NCBI RefSeq assembly: GCF_900199515.1
Contig: NZ_LT963434.1
Location: 1,472,180-1,504,179 of the forward strand
Direction: 5' to 3'
Source of the DNA: Massilicoli timonensis
GTDB lineage: Bacteria > Bacillota_I > Bacilli_A > Erysipelotrichales > Erysipelotrichaceae
DNA: 32,000 nucleotides
Under the pieces are notes generated by a model. It had not been told where the DNA came from, searched no databases, and saw only the letters and a list, made by a program, of their open reading frames with translations. Below, one piece after another: positions 8,817 through 18,490 of this stretch (positions are counted from its first letter, which is position 1; the number at the start of each line of letters is the position of its first letter). The translations under genes were made by a program, and so were the position numbers.

Positions 8817-9644
8817 TTAAACCGTTAATATACCGAAGTATGACAATACTAAACTGATCGCAATGACGATATAGATCAAACGTGCCGATTTCATGCCGAA
8901 CTTATCTAAAAACTGATAGCATAAGAAAGCGACGATTGCCGATCCGATGTTCGGCAGTATCGCGTCGAACAACTGTGCCTGTACGTTAAATTCAAAACCG
9001 TCAAAAGAAATGGTGCCGAACTTGACGCTTACCATTGTCGCGATCATTGCCCCGATGACCGTTAAGCCTAAGATACTGCCGCACTTTGTCAATTCTGCCA
9101 AACTTTGATTCAGGCTTTCAGTTAGTTTGGTACCTTCCCGATATCCCAAACGGCAAAACCAAGGGCGCAGTACGAACGGCACAAAGACGATCCACGCAAA
9201 CCATAACAGCAGTCCGATAAAATTCCCCTGCAAACCGGTCGAAACCGCAATAGATCCGAAGATCACATCAAATACACTGGAAAATAAAGTATCGCCGATA
9301 CCGGAGAATGGTCCCATCAAACTGGTTTTGACTGCTTGCGCCATCTCCAAACCGTCTTCTCCGAATTCCTCTTGGATCGCAATATCCATTCCGAAAATAA
9401 TTGCGGCTAAGTTCGTTTCGCAATTAAAGAACTGTGATTCTACTTCATAGGCATGTAATCGCGCTTGTTCATCATCTTTATACAGTTTATCTAATACCGG
9501 CGCCATTGTGATCAAATAGCCTGCCGCTTCCATCTTTTCATAATTCCAAATGGTAGCAAGGAAAGTAGACCATCGCCATGTGATGCGATACAATTCTTTA
9601 TTCGTGAATTTCTTTGTCAGATTTGTCTTTTGTTTATTCATCAT
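8817..9644 (-). CDS. PTS mannose family EIID component
   Basis: Multi-TM protein with the IID-type N-terminus (ITWRWSTFLATIWNYEKMEAAGY). The start was moved to ATGATG at 9644/9641, behind GAGGAGGAAGG. It overlaps the IIC stop. Confidence 0.85.
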   Translation of the reverse strand: MMNKQKTNLTKKFTNKELYRITWRWSTFLATIWNYEKMEAAGYLITMAPVLDKLYKDDEQARLHAYEVESQFFNCETNLAAIIFGMDIAIQEEFGEDGLEMAQAVKTSLMGPFSGIGDTLFSSVFDVIFGSIAVSTGLQGNFIGLLLWFAWIVFVPFVLRPWFCRLGYREGTKLTESLNQSLAELTKCGSILGLTVIGAMIATMVSVKFGTISFDGFEFNVQAQLFDAILPNIGSAIVAFLCYQFLDKFGMKSARLIYIVIAISLVLSYFGILTV

Positions 9645-10419
9645 AATTGCCTTCCTCCTCGATACTGATGCCCGTGACAAGTTTTGCCTGATTATTTTTA
9701 TCCATCTGATAAACAAATAAAGCGATGGATAATCCGACCAACGCTACGGCGATGGTAGACGCATTGAAACATGCGGCAAGTACAAAGCCGATGATCAAAT
9801 ACTGGATATTGCCTTTTAACGGCATGTATTTTAGTAAAATGGTAAAGCCGATCGCCGGGAAAATACCGCTTGCGATGGTCAAACCGTTCAATACCCATGC
9901 CGGCATCATTTCATTTAATGTTTCGACAAGGGAAGGACCTACCACCAAACAGATGAATACCGGTATTGCTCTTGTCAAAGACCATGTCAATAAGCCGCCG
10001 GCATTTCGGATCATGATTTTCTTCAAGTCGCCGCTTGGCACTACCGCATCTACTTGATGCTGCCAAAAACTGTTGATGATACGTCCCACGACGTCTAACT
10101 GTACGGTCAGCGTTGCGACCGGGATTCCCACTAACGCGGTAACTTCCGCTATACGGCTCACATCTCCTTTACAAAGCGCTACTACGATAATGGCAGCCAC
10201 TTGATAATTCGGAATAGACGCACCGCCGAAATAGTTTAATCCAAGCGCATATGACTGCATCGTTGCTCCGACGATCAATCCCAACTGCGGATCATTCATA
10301 ATGACGCCCGCGATTACACCGGTAATCATCGTATTATGTACAGTCAAATGCACTGACATAAAATCAATCATGATAAGTCCGGATAAAATCGTCAATAAAA
10401 TAATTTGCATTGTGGTCAT
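9634..10419 (-). CDS. PTS mannose family EIIC component
   Basis: Polytopic membrane protein directly upstream of IID. The start was moved to MTTMQIILL at 10419, behind GAGGAGG. Confidence 0.85.
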   Translation of the reverse strand: MTTMQIILLTILSGLIMIDFMSVHLTVHNTMITGVIAGVIMNDPQLGLIVGATMQSYALGLNYFGGASIPNYQVAAIIVVALCKGDVSRIAEVTALVGIPVATLTVQLDVVGRIINSFWQHQVDAVVPSGDLKKIMIRNAGGLLTWSLTRAIPVFICLVVGPSLVETLNEMMPAWVLNGLTIASGIFPAIGFTILLKYMPLKGNIQYLIIGFVLAACFNASTIAVALVGLSIALFVYQMDKNNQAKLVTGISIEEEGNYDE

Positions 10420-10638
10420 GTCAATACCTCCTCTTCTGTCATTGTCTTGTTCCACAAATGATGAAATAGATCATAATATCTATCTTTTCACATTTATGGT
10501 ATCATCAAGCATGATCGGTATTGATAAAAAACGAAAATTTGTATCTAATTAGTAACGTTTATTGAAATATTATTGATCAGGATGTTTTTTATATGCGTAT
10601 AGAAAAGGAAATAAAATAGATGCGATTTTCAGTGTTAC

Positions 10639-10668
10639 TTGAATCACTTCCTTTTTTCAGTATATAAT
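10639..10668 (+). promoter_or_regulatory. Promoter of the GntR-family regulator gene
   Basis: TTGAAT (10639-10644), 18-nt spacer, TATAAT (10663-10668), then RBS AAAGGAG and the ATG at 10690. Confidence 0.45.
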
Positions 10669-10689
10669 GACAGCGATAAAGGAGCACAC

Positions 10690-11424
10690 ATGACAACAAA
10701 AGAAAAATACAAATACAAGATGATCGAAAACTATATCCATGAACGCATCAGAAGCGGGGCATATCCTTCTGATTCTCTGCTTCCGACGCAGCAGGCGTTT
10801 TGCGAGCAGTTTCAGGTAAGCAGAAGAACGGTAAATAAAGCGATGGAATCACTTGTAGAGAACGGGCTCGTTGAGAAAATACAGGGCAGCGGCTGTTATG
10901 TGCGTACGCCTAAATTAAGTAAGCAAAGCATCTATATGGCTTCTTTTTCGGAAGAATACACCGGGAAAGGATTCGACGTATCGACAAAACTGTTATTTTA
11001 TACGGTAAAGCGCATCACTGATTTTCAAGACCGATCATTATCGAAAAAACTGGGCGTTTTGCCTAACAGTCAAGTGCATTATTTTGAACGAGTGCGTTTT
11101 GGCAATGAACGCCCTTTTGCGGTGCAGTATACTTATATTACAAAAGATATCATTCCCGAGTTACCGCTCGCTTATTTGAAAAGTTCCATTTATTCTTATA
11201 TCGAACATACTTTGAGACTGACGATCGGCGATGGTTCAAGCGTATTGTCGATCATATTGCCGCCAAGCGATATCGCCTTGCTGCTAAAGATAAAGCAAAG
11301 CGAACCGGTCGTTTATATTTCGCATATATCAAGACTTCAAAACGGCGTGATCTTTGAATATTCCGATTCATATATCCGCTATGATACTTTTACTTTGCTT
11401 TACAGCAATAAAAGAGAAAAATAG
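10690..11424 (+). CDS. GntR/HutC-family transcriptional regulator (winged HTH plus UTRA effector domain)
   Basis: N-terminal YIHERIRSGAYPSDSLLPTQQAFCEQFQVSRRTVNKAMESLVENGLV is a typical GntR wHTH. About 245 aa, and divergent from the PTS operon. Confidence 0.85.
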   Translation: MTTKEKYKYKMIENYIHERIRSGAYPSDSLLPTQQAFCEQFQVSRRTVNKAMESLVENGLVEKIQGSGCYVRTPKLSKQSIYMASFSEEYTGKGFDVSTKLLFYTVKRITDFQDRSLSKKLGVLPNSQVHYFERVRFGNERPFAVQYTYITKDIIPELPLAYLKSSIYSYIEHTLRLTIGDGSSVLSIILPPSDIALLLKIKQSEPVVYISHISRLQNGVIFEYSDSYIRYDTFTLLYSNKREK

Positions 11425-11577
11425 CGTTTTACGCGTATTATCGAAAGAAAGAAACGGGAAGAAGCGAGTATTGTTTTTAACGGATACAGACAGCAAAGAA
11501 GAGATAAGAAATCAGCGGTTTTATAATAGCGACAAAGGCGATGGTTGAAAAACGCACTGTGATTTATAACAGATAAA

Positions 11578-11617
11578 GGGCATGCGCTTGTATGGGAACA
11601 GGGCGCATCCTTTTTTT
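11578..11617 (+). terminator. Putative rho-independent terminator
   Basis: Stem ATGCGC (11582-11587) / GCGCAT (11603-11608) with flanking partial pairing, then T7 (11611-11617). It lies about 150 nt after the regulator stop. Confidence 0.5.
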
Positions 11618-11684
11618 ATCAGTCGCGAAAAGGCGTGCTGTGTTTACTATATTAAACTTTTTATTAAAAATATTAAAAAACGGG

Positions 11685-11712
11685 TTGTGTTTTCATCAAA
11701 ATCATGTATAAT
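11685..11712 (+). promoter_or_regulatory. Promoter of the XRE-cupin/pot operon
   Basis: TTGTGT (11685-11690), 16-nt spacer, TATAAT (11707-11712) with an adjacent TG. Confidence 0.4.
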
Positions 11713-11771
11713 GTGTCTTGTTCAATTTATGAAAATAAAAGTTTAGTATCAAGAAACACGGAGGTGATCGG

Positions 11772-12305
11772 ATGAACATCGGCGAAAAGCTGAAAGAGCT
11801 GCGGCTTCGCAATGGTTTGACATTGGAAGAACTGGCTGCGCGAAGCGAGCTGACAAAGGGCTTTTTATCACAGGTCGAACGTGATCTGACAAGTCCCAGC
11901 ATTTCAACGCTGGAGGATCTTTTAGAGGCGCTGGGAACCAATCTGGCTGAGTTTTTCAAATCGGAAAAAGAGGAAAAGATCGTATTTTCACAACAGGACT
12001 TTTTCGTAGCGGAAAAGGATGCGTACACGATCGAATGGATCATTCCCAATGCGCAGAAAAATGAAATGGAGCCGATTCTTTTGACACTGCATCCGCATGA
12101 GCGAAGCATGCTGATGGAAAGTCATAACGGGGAAGAATTCGGTTACGTACTGAAAGGAACGCTGACCCTGGTAAAAGGCAATAAGCATTATCGCTTAAAA
12201 GCAAAGGAAACCTTTTATTTAGACGGCAAGACGAGCCATTATTTGGAAAATACCGGCAGCAGTGATGCAAAGATCCTTTGGATCACAACGCCGCCTATGT
12301 TTTGA
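11772..12305 (+). CDS. XRE-family HTH plus cupin-domain transcriptional regulator (PuuR-like)
   Basis: The N-terminal [36 protein letters not shown] is an XRE HTH. The C-terminal [14 protein letters not shown]...H is cupin-like. It sits immediately upstream of potA. Confidence 0.8.
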   Translation: MNIGEKLKELRLRNGLTLEELAARSELTKGFLSQVERDLTSPSISTLEDLLEALGTNLAEFFKSEKEEKIVFSQQDFFVAEKDAYTIEWIIPNAQKNEMEPILLTLHPHERSMLMESHNGEEFGYVLKGTLTLVKGNKHYRLKAKETFYLDGKTSHYLENTGSSDAKILWITTPPMF

Positions 12306-12325
12306 TCAATCAGGAGGAGAAGGTT

Positions 12326-13909
12326 ATGGAAACGGAAAACAAAAAGTTAATACAGTTTCGCAATATCGTAAAAGAGTTTGACGGACAGATCGTATTAAAG
12401 GGAATCAATCTGGATATTTATGAAAATGAGTTTGTGACGCTGCTTGGACCAAGCGGGTGCGGAAAGACAACGTTGCTGCGCATTCTCGGCGGTTTTTTGG
12501 AAGCGAGTGAGGGAACGGTGATCTTTGATGGCGAAGACATCAGCACACTGCCTGCACATAAGCGGGAACTGAATACCGTATTCCAGAAATATGCGCTATT
12601 TCCGCATATGACGGTTTATGAGAATATCGCATTCGGTTTGAAGATCAAAAAGATGAGCAAGGATGTCATTGAACAAAAGGTCATGAAGATGATGAAGCTG
12701 ATCGGTATGGAAGGATATGAAAACAAGAACGTAACTCTGCTTTCCGGCGGTCAGCAGCAGCGTGTGGCAATCGCCAGAGCGCTTGTCAATGAGCCGAAAG
12801 TGCTCTTGTTAGATGAACCGTTAGGCGCGCTTGATCTGAAGCTGCGCAAAGAAATGCAGTATGAATTAAAACGTATTCAGCAGGAGGTCGGCATCACCTT
12901 TATTTTCGTAACGCATGATCAGGAAGAAGCACTGACGATGTCTGATAAGATCGTCGTTATGAAAGACGGCGAAATTTGTCAGGTGGGAACGCCGCAGGAT
13001 ATTTACAATGAACCGGTCAATCGCTATGTTGCGAATTTTATCGGCGAAAGCAATATCATTCCCGCTGTCATGAAAGAAGACTATAAAGTGAAGTTTGATG
13101 ATATTGTATTTGACTGTGTGGATCATGGCTATGGGGAAAATGAGAAAGTCGATGTCGTGATCCGTCCTGAGGACATTGACATCGTCGATGTGGAAAAAGG
13201 CAAGATGAGCGGCGAGGTGCTGAGCGTATTGTTTAAGGGCGTTCATTATGAAGTAATTGTGGAAACCGTGCCGGGAACGACCGTCAATGTAAAGATGCAC
13301 GTGATCCGCAATCATGATGTTACCTCTGAAAACGGCAAGGAAAAGATCAGTGCCAATGACTTCTATGTCGATATCGAAGACGTAGCGGCATTAGACGATA
13401 AAGAAATCATCGCTCGTGCCGATGCACAGGCATGGTCGCCGGAATCAGATGAATACATCTCCATCAACAAGATCGAATATGATCTGAAAGAAGAATTGGG
13501 AGAATATCCGGTCGTATTCGCTACCGCAAACGGTACCTCGATCGAACGCAAGATCTTTGTCGTCAATCAGCGTGTCGTAAAAAATGAAAAGGCGAATGAA
13601 GCGGTCATGGCGTTTAACTTCTTTAAGACCGTTGATGAGATCAAAGAATCGGTTGCGCTGGATACAGACTTAAAGACATGGGCAAACGCACAGGGCTGGA
13701 AGCTGAGCGATGAAGACGAATCGATCGATATGAGCGTTGATTACGATTTCGATGATGAAAACATCGTAGAAGGTGTTTATAACATCTCATTCTCAACGAC
13801 CGGTCGGGAGTTTAAGATTCATACGACAGATTACGTGGAAGAAGGAAAAGAGGTCGGCTTGACATTCTTCCCGGAAGATATCCATGTCATGGAGAAGATG
13901 GGTTTCTAA
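12326..13909 (+). CDS. potA: Spermidine/putrescine ABC transporter ATP-binding protein PotA, with a large C-terminal insertion
   Basis: Walker [10 protein letters not shown], signature LSGGQQQRV, Walker [13 protein letters not shown]-loop VTHDQ. The TOBE-like ends IRPEDIDIV ... [13 protein letters not shown] are split by about 170 extra residues. The start ATG at 12326 follows CAGGAGGAGAAGG. Confidence 0.85.
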   Translation: METENKKLIQFRNIVKEFDGQIVLKGINLDIYENEFVTLLGPSGCGKTTLLRILGGFLEASEGTVIFDGEDISTLPAHKRELNTVFQKYALFPHMTVYENIAFGLKIKKMSKDVIEQKVMKMMKLIGMEGYENKNVTLLSGGQQQRVAIARALVNEPKVLLLDEPLGALDLKLRKEMQYELKRIQQEVGITFIFVTHDQEEALTMSDKIVVMKDGEICQVGTPQDIYNEPVNRYVANFIGESNIIPAVMKEDYKVKFDDIVFDCVDHGYGENEKVDVVIRPEDIDIVDVEKGKMSGEVLSVLFKGVHYEVIVETVPGTTVNVKMHVIRNHDVTSENGKEKISANDFYVDIEDVAALDDKEIIARADAQAWSPESDEYISINKIEYDLKEELGEYPVVFATANGTSIERKIFVVNQRVVKNEKANEAVMAFNFFKTVDEIKESVALDTDLKTWANAQGWKLSDEDESIDMSVDYDFDDENIVEGVYNISFSTTGREFKIHTTDYVEEGKEVGLTFFPEDIHVMEKMGF

Positions 13910-14746
13910 ATGAAGCGGTTTTCTCAATTAGCAGTTCCTTATATCGTTTGGGTTGCATTGATGATCGTATTGCCGCTGGTGCTGATCCTGCTTTATGCGC
14001 TTACGGCACAAGGCAATGAGCTGATCACTTTCTCCTTTACGCTGGAACATTTCAAACGCTTTTTTACCGACCTTGATTTTCTATTGATCTTATGGCGCTC
14101 GGTCGTCATTGCCTTTAAGACGACAGTGATCTGTGTATTGCTGGGTTATCCGATTGCTTATTTCATTGCGCGAAGCAATGATCGTCTGCGCAATGTTTTG
14201 ATCTTGGCAATTACACTGCCGATGTGGATCAACATGCTGGTAAGAACCTATGCATGGATCGGCTTGCTTTCTGATGGCGGCCTGCTTCAGCAGCTGCTTG
14301 CATGGATCGGATTAGGGGATGTCAAGCTGTTATATACGGAAGGAGCCGTTTTGCTTGGCATGGTATATAACTTCATTCCGTTTATGATCTTGCAGATCAA
14401 TACATCATTGTCTAAAATGGACAAATCGCTGATTGAAGCAAGTGCGGATCTAGGCGCGAATAAGGTACAGACATTTTTGAAAGTGGTCCTGCCGCTTTCT
14501 TTGCCGGGCGTGGTAAGCGGAATCTCGCTGGTCTTCCTGCCGGCTGTCAGCTCGTTCTTCATTCCGAAGCTATTAGGCGGCGGACAGTACTTCCTGATCG
14601 GAAATGTCATTGAAAATCAGTTTATCACTGTTGGCGAGTGGAATTTCGGCAGTGCGATCTCGATGATCATGGCAGTGGTCATGATGTTCAGCATTTATGT
14701 GATTCGCAAGCTGGAAGAACGAAGCGCTGGAAAGGGGGATAAATAA
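13910..14746 (+). CDS. potB: Spermidine/putrescine ABC transporter permease PotB
   Basis: Six-TM BPD-type permease with an EAAxxxG-like motif (IEASADLGANKVQTF). It abuts the potA stop. Confidence 0.85.
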   Translation: MKRFSQLAVPYIVWVALMIVLPLVLILLYALTAQGNELITFSFTLEHFKRFFTDLDFLLILWRSVVIAFKTTVICVLLGYPIAYFIARSNDRLRNVLILAITLPMWINMLVRTYAWIGLLSDGGLLQQLLAWIGLGDVKLLYTEGAVLLGMVYNFIPFMILQINTSLSKMDKSLIEASADLGANKVQTFLKVVLPLSLPGVVSGISLVFLPAVSSFFIPKLLGGGQYFLIGNVIENQFITVGEWNFGSAISMIMAVVMMFSIYVIRKLEERSAGKGDK

Positions 14747-14747
14747 G

Positions 14748-16619
14748 ATGAAGAAAGAAAAACGCCCGATCGGCAAGATCTTGATGATCTTAACATTGGC
14801 ATTCTTCTATCTGCCGATCTTGTTTATGATGGTATTCTCCTTTAATTCCAGTAAATCACTGACGCATTTCAGCGGATTCTCAACGATCTGGTATGAACGG
14901 ATGTTTGAAAACCGTTCGATGATGGAATCGTTACAGACGACGATCGTGATCGCTTTGATCGCAACTGCTGTTTCTACGCTGATCGGAACGATTAGTGCGA
15001 TCGGTTTATCAAAATCTAAAAAAATCGTGCGCAAGGTCATGATGCAGTTAAATGATTTTCCGATCATGAATCCGGAAATCGTAACGGCGATCGGATTGAT
15101 GTTACTGTTTATCACGCTGCGCATTGAACGCGGTTTTATGACGATGCTTTTGGCACATATCGCTTTCTGTACACCTTATGTTATTTTAAGCATCATGCCG
15201 AAGATCCGCTCACTGGATCCGAATCTGGCTGACGCCGCTATGGATCTTGGGGCAACGCCATGGCAGGCGCTCACGAAGGTGCTGGTGCCGCAGATCATGC
15301 CGGGCATCGTATCCGGTGCGCTGATCGCATTTACGATGTCATTTGATGATTTCATTATCTCTTACTTTGTAACCGGCGGCGGCGTCAAGAATTTGAGCAT
15401 CATGGTCTATACGATGAGCAAACGGGTCAATCCGAGCATCAATGCGATCTCTACTTTGGTAGTCGTACTGATTACGGTTGTCTTGCTGATCATCAATCTC
15501 GTGCCGATGTTTCGCAAAAACAAGCCGGGCAAAAGCAAAAAAGGATGGATCGTACTGGGCATTGCGGCTGCGCTTGGCTTAGGCGCCTTTGCATTAAATT
15601 CATCAAAATCGGAAGGAAAATACGCAGGACAAACACTGTATGTATATAACTGGGGAGAATATACCGGTGAAAATCTGATCCCGATGTTTGAGGAACAAAC
15701 CGGCGCCAAAGTGGTAATGGATCAGTTTGATTCCAATGAGCAGATGTATATCAAAGTCGCAAATGGTGAAGTGTATGACATTTTGGTGCCAAGCGACTAT
15801 ATGATCGAACGACTGATGCAGGAAGATATGCTGCAGAAGCTGGATCAGGATCAGCTCAACTGTCTGGATCTATTATCTGACGGGGTAAAAGGTCTCTCAT
15901 ATGATCCGAAAAATGAATATTCCGTTCCTTATTTCTGGGGTACTGTCGGCATTGTTTATGATAAAAACAAGGTAAGCGAGGAAGATCTGGAGAAAGAAGG
16001 GTTCAATATTTTCCTCGATCAGAAATACAAAGGCGACATTTATCTGTATGATTCAGAACGAGATTCATTCATGATGGCATTAAAAGCGCTTGGTTATTCG
16101 ATGAATACAAGTGATGAAAAAGAATTGAATGAAGCCTATGAATGGCTGCTGGAATGTGTCAATACGATGGAACCGGAAATCGTAACCGATGAAATCATTG
16201 ACAATATGGCGCAGGGCAGAAAAGCGCTGGGCCTTGTGTATTCCGGAGATGCGGCTTATATCATGAGTGAAAATGAAGATATGGGCTTCTATTTACCGGA
16301 AAGCGGAACGAATTTGTGGTCAGATGCCATGGTCATTCCGAAGAATGCGAAGAATGTGGAGCTGGCGCATGCATTTATCAATTTCGTTTCTGAATATGAG
16401 GGAGCAATGGATAATTCCAGCTTTGTCGGCTATACTTCGCCAAATGAAGAAGTCATGCTGGAAATGTCACAGGAAGGCGGCGAATATGAAGGGATCAATG
16501 CGTATTTGCCAAGAACCGGATATGAGAAGGATGAAGTCTTCCAGTATGATGAAGATACAAGAAAGATCATTGCGAACTTATTTGCGAAAGTAAAGGTAGC
16601 GGCTTCCAATGCCAGTTAA
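14748..16619 (+). CDS. potCD: Fused PotC permease / PotD polyamine-binding protein
   Basis: The first ~260 aa are a BPD-type permease (ADAAMDLGATPWQAL). An extra TM helix follows (GWIVLGIAAALGLGAFAL). The last ~330 aa are a PotD-like binding domain (LYVYNWGEYTGENLIPMFEEQTGAKV...YFWGTVGIVY). Confidence 0.8.
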   Translation: MKKEKRPIGKILMILTLAFFYLPILFMMVFSFNSSKSLTHFSGFSTIWYERMFENRSMMESLQTTIVIALIATAVSTLIGTISAIGLSKSKKIVRKVMMQLNDFPIMNPEIVTAIGLMLLFITLRIERGFMTMLLAHIAFCTPYVILSIMPKIRSLDPNLADAAMDLGATPWQALTKVLVPQIMPGIVSGALIAFTMSFDDFIISYFVTGGGVKNLSIMVYTMSKRVNPSINAISTLVVVLITVVLLIINLVPMFRKNKPGKSKKGWIVLGIAAALGLGAFALNSSKSEGKYAGQTLYVYNWGEYTGENLIPMFEEQTGAKVVMDQFDSNEQMYIKVANGEVYDILVPSDYMIERLMQEDMLQKLDQDQLNCLDLLSDGVKGLSYDPKNEYSVPYFWGTVGIVYDKNKVSEEDLEKEGFNIFLDQKYKGDIYLYDSERDSFMMALKALGYSMNTSDEKELNEAYEWLLECVNTMEPEIVTDEIIDNMAQGRKALGLVYSGDAAYIMSENEDMGFYLPESGTNLWSDAMVIPKNAKNVELAHAFINFVSEYEGAMDNSSFVGYTSPNEEVMLEMSQEGGEYEGINAYLPRTGYEKDEVFQYDEDTRKIIANLFAKVKVAASNAS

Positions 16620-16696
16620 ATAAAAGATAAATAAAAAAAACGATGGAAGCACGTGCAGTGTGCGGCAAGGAGAACATGCTTGTGCTTATGGAAATG

Positions 16697-16727
16697 AAAA
16701 GGGATTGTTGTAAAGCAGTCCTTTTTT
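16697..16727 (+). terminator. Weak candidate terminator after potCD
   Basis: AAAGGG (16697-16702) pairs with GTCCTTT (16718-16724), including one G-U pair, followed by a T-run to 16727. Confidence 0.3.
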
Positions 16728-16935
16728 ATAGGCAGGCACTTTTTCAGATTTTTCGCATATCATAGCGGGGATTAGTAAGACAATATTTAGAAAATAGGGA
16801 ATATCCATATTGGCGCAATAAAAAACATAGATATATTCAGGGAAATGTTTTATAATAAAGATGTTTGCAGGAAGTAAAACAAGCGTTGTGAAAGAAACGC
16901 TGTATTGATAAATGAGATCGGGAAGGAGAATATGG

Positions 16936-18201
16936 ATGAAAGAAGTCATTAAGATTGAAGGAGGGCATGCATTAAAGGGAACAGTGCGCATCAGCGGTTC
17001 AAAAAATGCAACGGTAGCGCTGATACCTGCGGCAATCTTGGCGAACGGTCCGGTTACGATCGTAGGGGTACCGAATATATCAGATGTGGAATCACTTGCG
17101 GTTTTATTGCGGGATTTGGGGGTAGATGTCTGCTTTAAGGCACAGGATCACATCATTATTGATCCGACCCATATGCAGAATCGCCCGATGACACAGGATG
17201 CGGTGCAAAAACTGCGTGCTTCTTATTACTTCATGGGCGCATTATTAGGGAAATATGGCAGAGTGGAAATGAAGATGCCGGGAGGCTGCTATTTAGGCCC
17301 AAGACCGATCGATCTGCATTTGAAAGGATTTGAAGCGCTGGGTGCAACAGTCAATTATGAACATGGTGCTTATATTATTGAAGCGAAGGAATTGGTGGGC
17401 ACAAAGATCTTTTTAGATATTTCCAGTGTCGGTGCGACTTTGAATGTCATGATGGCGGCAGTTTATGCAAAGGGGCGCACGATTATCGAGAATGCGGCGA
17501 AAGAACCGGAAATCATTGATGTGGCAACGCTGCTGAATAAAATGGGTGCGCAGATTCGCGGCGTCGGTACCAATGTCATTACGATCGACGGTGTGGAAAC
17601 GCTGGGCGGCTGTTTCCATGAAATTATCCCGGATCGCATTGAAGCGGCAACCTATATCGTGCTGGCAGCGGCAGCCGCAGAGGAAATGACTGTGGAGAAT
17701 ATCATTCCACAGCATTTGGAATCTCTGTTGTCCAAACTGGAGGAAATCGGTGTGGAAATGAAAGTGGATATTGACAAGGTTACCATTAAGGGAAGAAATC
17801 CGCATTTGAAAGCGACAGATATTAAAACATTGCCTTATCCGGGCTTTGCGACGGATATTCAGCAGCCGCTTACTGCTTTATTAACACAGGCGGAAGGACA
17901 GTCGATCGTTACGGAAACGATTTACACAGAGCGCTTTAAGCATTGTCATGAATTGAATAAAATGGGTGCGAATATCAATGTCATGGTACCGAGTTCCTTT
18001 ATCAATGGACCGACACGCTTATCAGGAGCGGAAGTTGTCGCAACAGATCTGCGCTGCGGCGCTTGTCTGGTAATTGCGGGTTTGATTGCGGACGGCATTA
18101 CCGAGATCAGCGAGATTTATCATATTGACCGCGGCTATGAAAATTTAGATGGAAAGCTAAGCGCTTTGGGGGCAAAGATCTGGCGGGAAACGATCGCATA
18201 A
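16936..18201 (+). CDS. murA: UDP-N-acetylglucosamine 1-carboxyvinyltransferase
   Basis: The N-terminal [19 protein letters not shown] is diagnostic of MurA/EPSP-fold enzymes. About 421 aa. The ATG at 16936 follows GGGAAGGAG. Confidence 0.92.
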   Translation: MKEVIKIEGGHALKGTVRISGSKNATVALIPAAILANGPVTIVGVPNISDVESLAVLLRDLGVDVCFKAQDHIIIDPTHMQNRPMTQDAVQKLRASYYFMGALLGKYGRVEMKMPGGCYLGPRPIDLHLKGFEALGATVNYEHGAYIIEAKELVGTKIFLDISSVGATLNVMMAAVYAKGRTIIENAAKEPEIIDVATLLNKMGAQIRGVGTNVITIDGVETLGGCFHEIIPDRIEAATYIVLAAAAAEEMTVENIIPQHLESLLSKLEEIGVEMKVDIDKVTIKGRNPHLKATDIKTLPYPGFATDIQQPLTALLTQAEGQSIVTETIYTERFKHCHELNKMGANINVMVPSSFINGPTRLSGAEVVATDLRCGACLVIAGLIADGITEISEIYHIDRGYENLDGKLSALGAKIWRETIA

Positions 18202-18282
18202 GAAATCGGTGATGGCAAATGTGAACGCCATATAAGGAAGTAATTTGAAAACACATCGAAATATAACTTCATAAGCATGGAA

Positions 18283-18315
18283 GGCGACAGAGAAATATCT
18301 CTCTGCCGCCGTTTT
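18283..18315 (+). terminator. Rho-independent terminator after murA
   Basis: An 11-bp stem GGCGACAGAGA (18283-18293) / TCTCTGCCGCC (18298-18308) with one mismatch and a 4-nt loop, then GTTTTTA. Confidence 0.75.
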
Positions 18316-18490
18316 TATGCAATGCCAGTTACCTTGAAAACATCATGGTGTAAACCGGTAAAAGAATCCAAGCAACGCTCTTTATCCCTGATCGATCGAA
18401 GGTAAATCAATGAAGTTATAACGATATTGATAAGCATGATTTCTTTTGCTTTTGTTTCTTTCTTGATCGTTTCTATTATTTTGGCATTGA

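Noticed and set aside
10465-10530. Possible GntR/HutC operator: ATAGAT-n6-ATCTAT at 10465-10482 and ATCAT-n5-ATGAT near 10502-10516
   Set aside because: The arms are short (5-6 bp) in AT-rich DNA and show no match I can defend to a known HutC-family consensus. Too weak to call.
11354-11548. 64-aa ORF overlapping the end of the GntR gene, and the ~150-nt gap before the terminator
   Set aside because: It has no RBS, overlaps the regulator's 3' end out of frame, and has no recognisable sequence. The gap may simply be a 3' UTR.
12866-13315. 149-aa minus-strand ORF inside potA; also 13363-13566, 14287-14610, 14807-15124 and 15407-15709 inside pot genes
   Set aside because: They are antisense shadow ORFs within a clearly coding ABC transporter operon.
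16686-16991. 101-aa minus-strand ORF spanning the murA start region
   Set aside because: It overlaps the murA RBS and start, and has no RBS of its own. The region is better explained as the murA promoter and 5' UTR.
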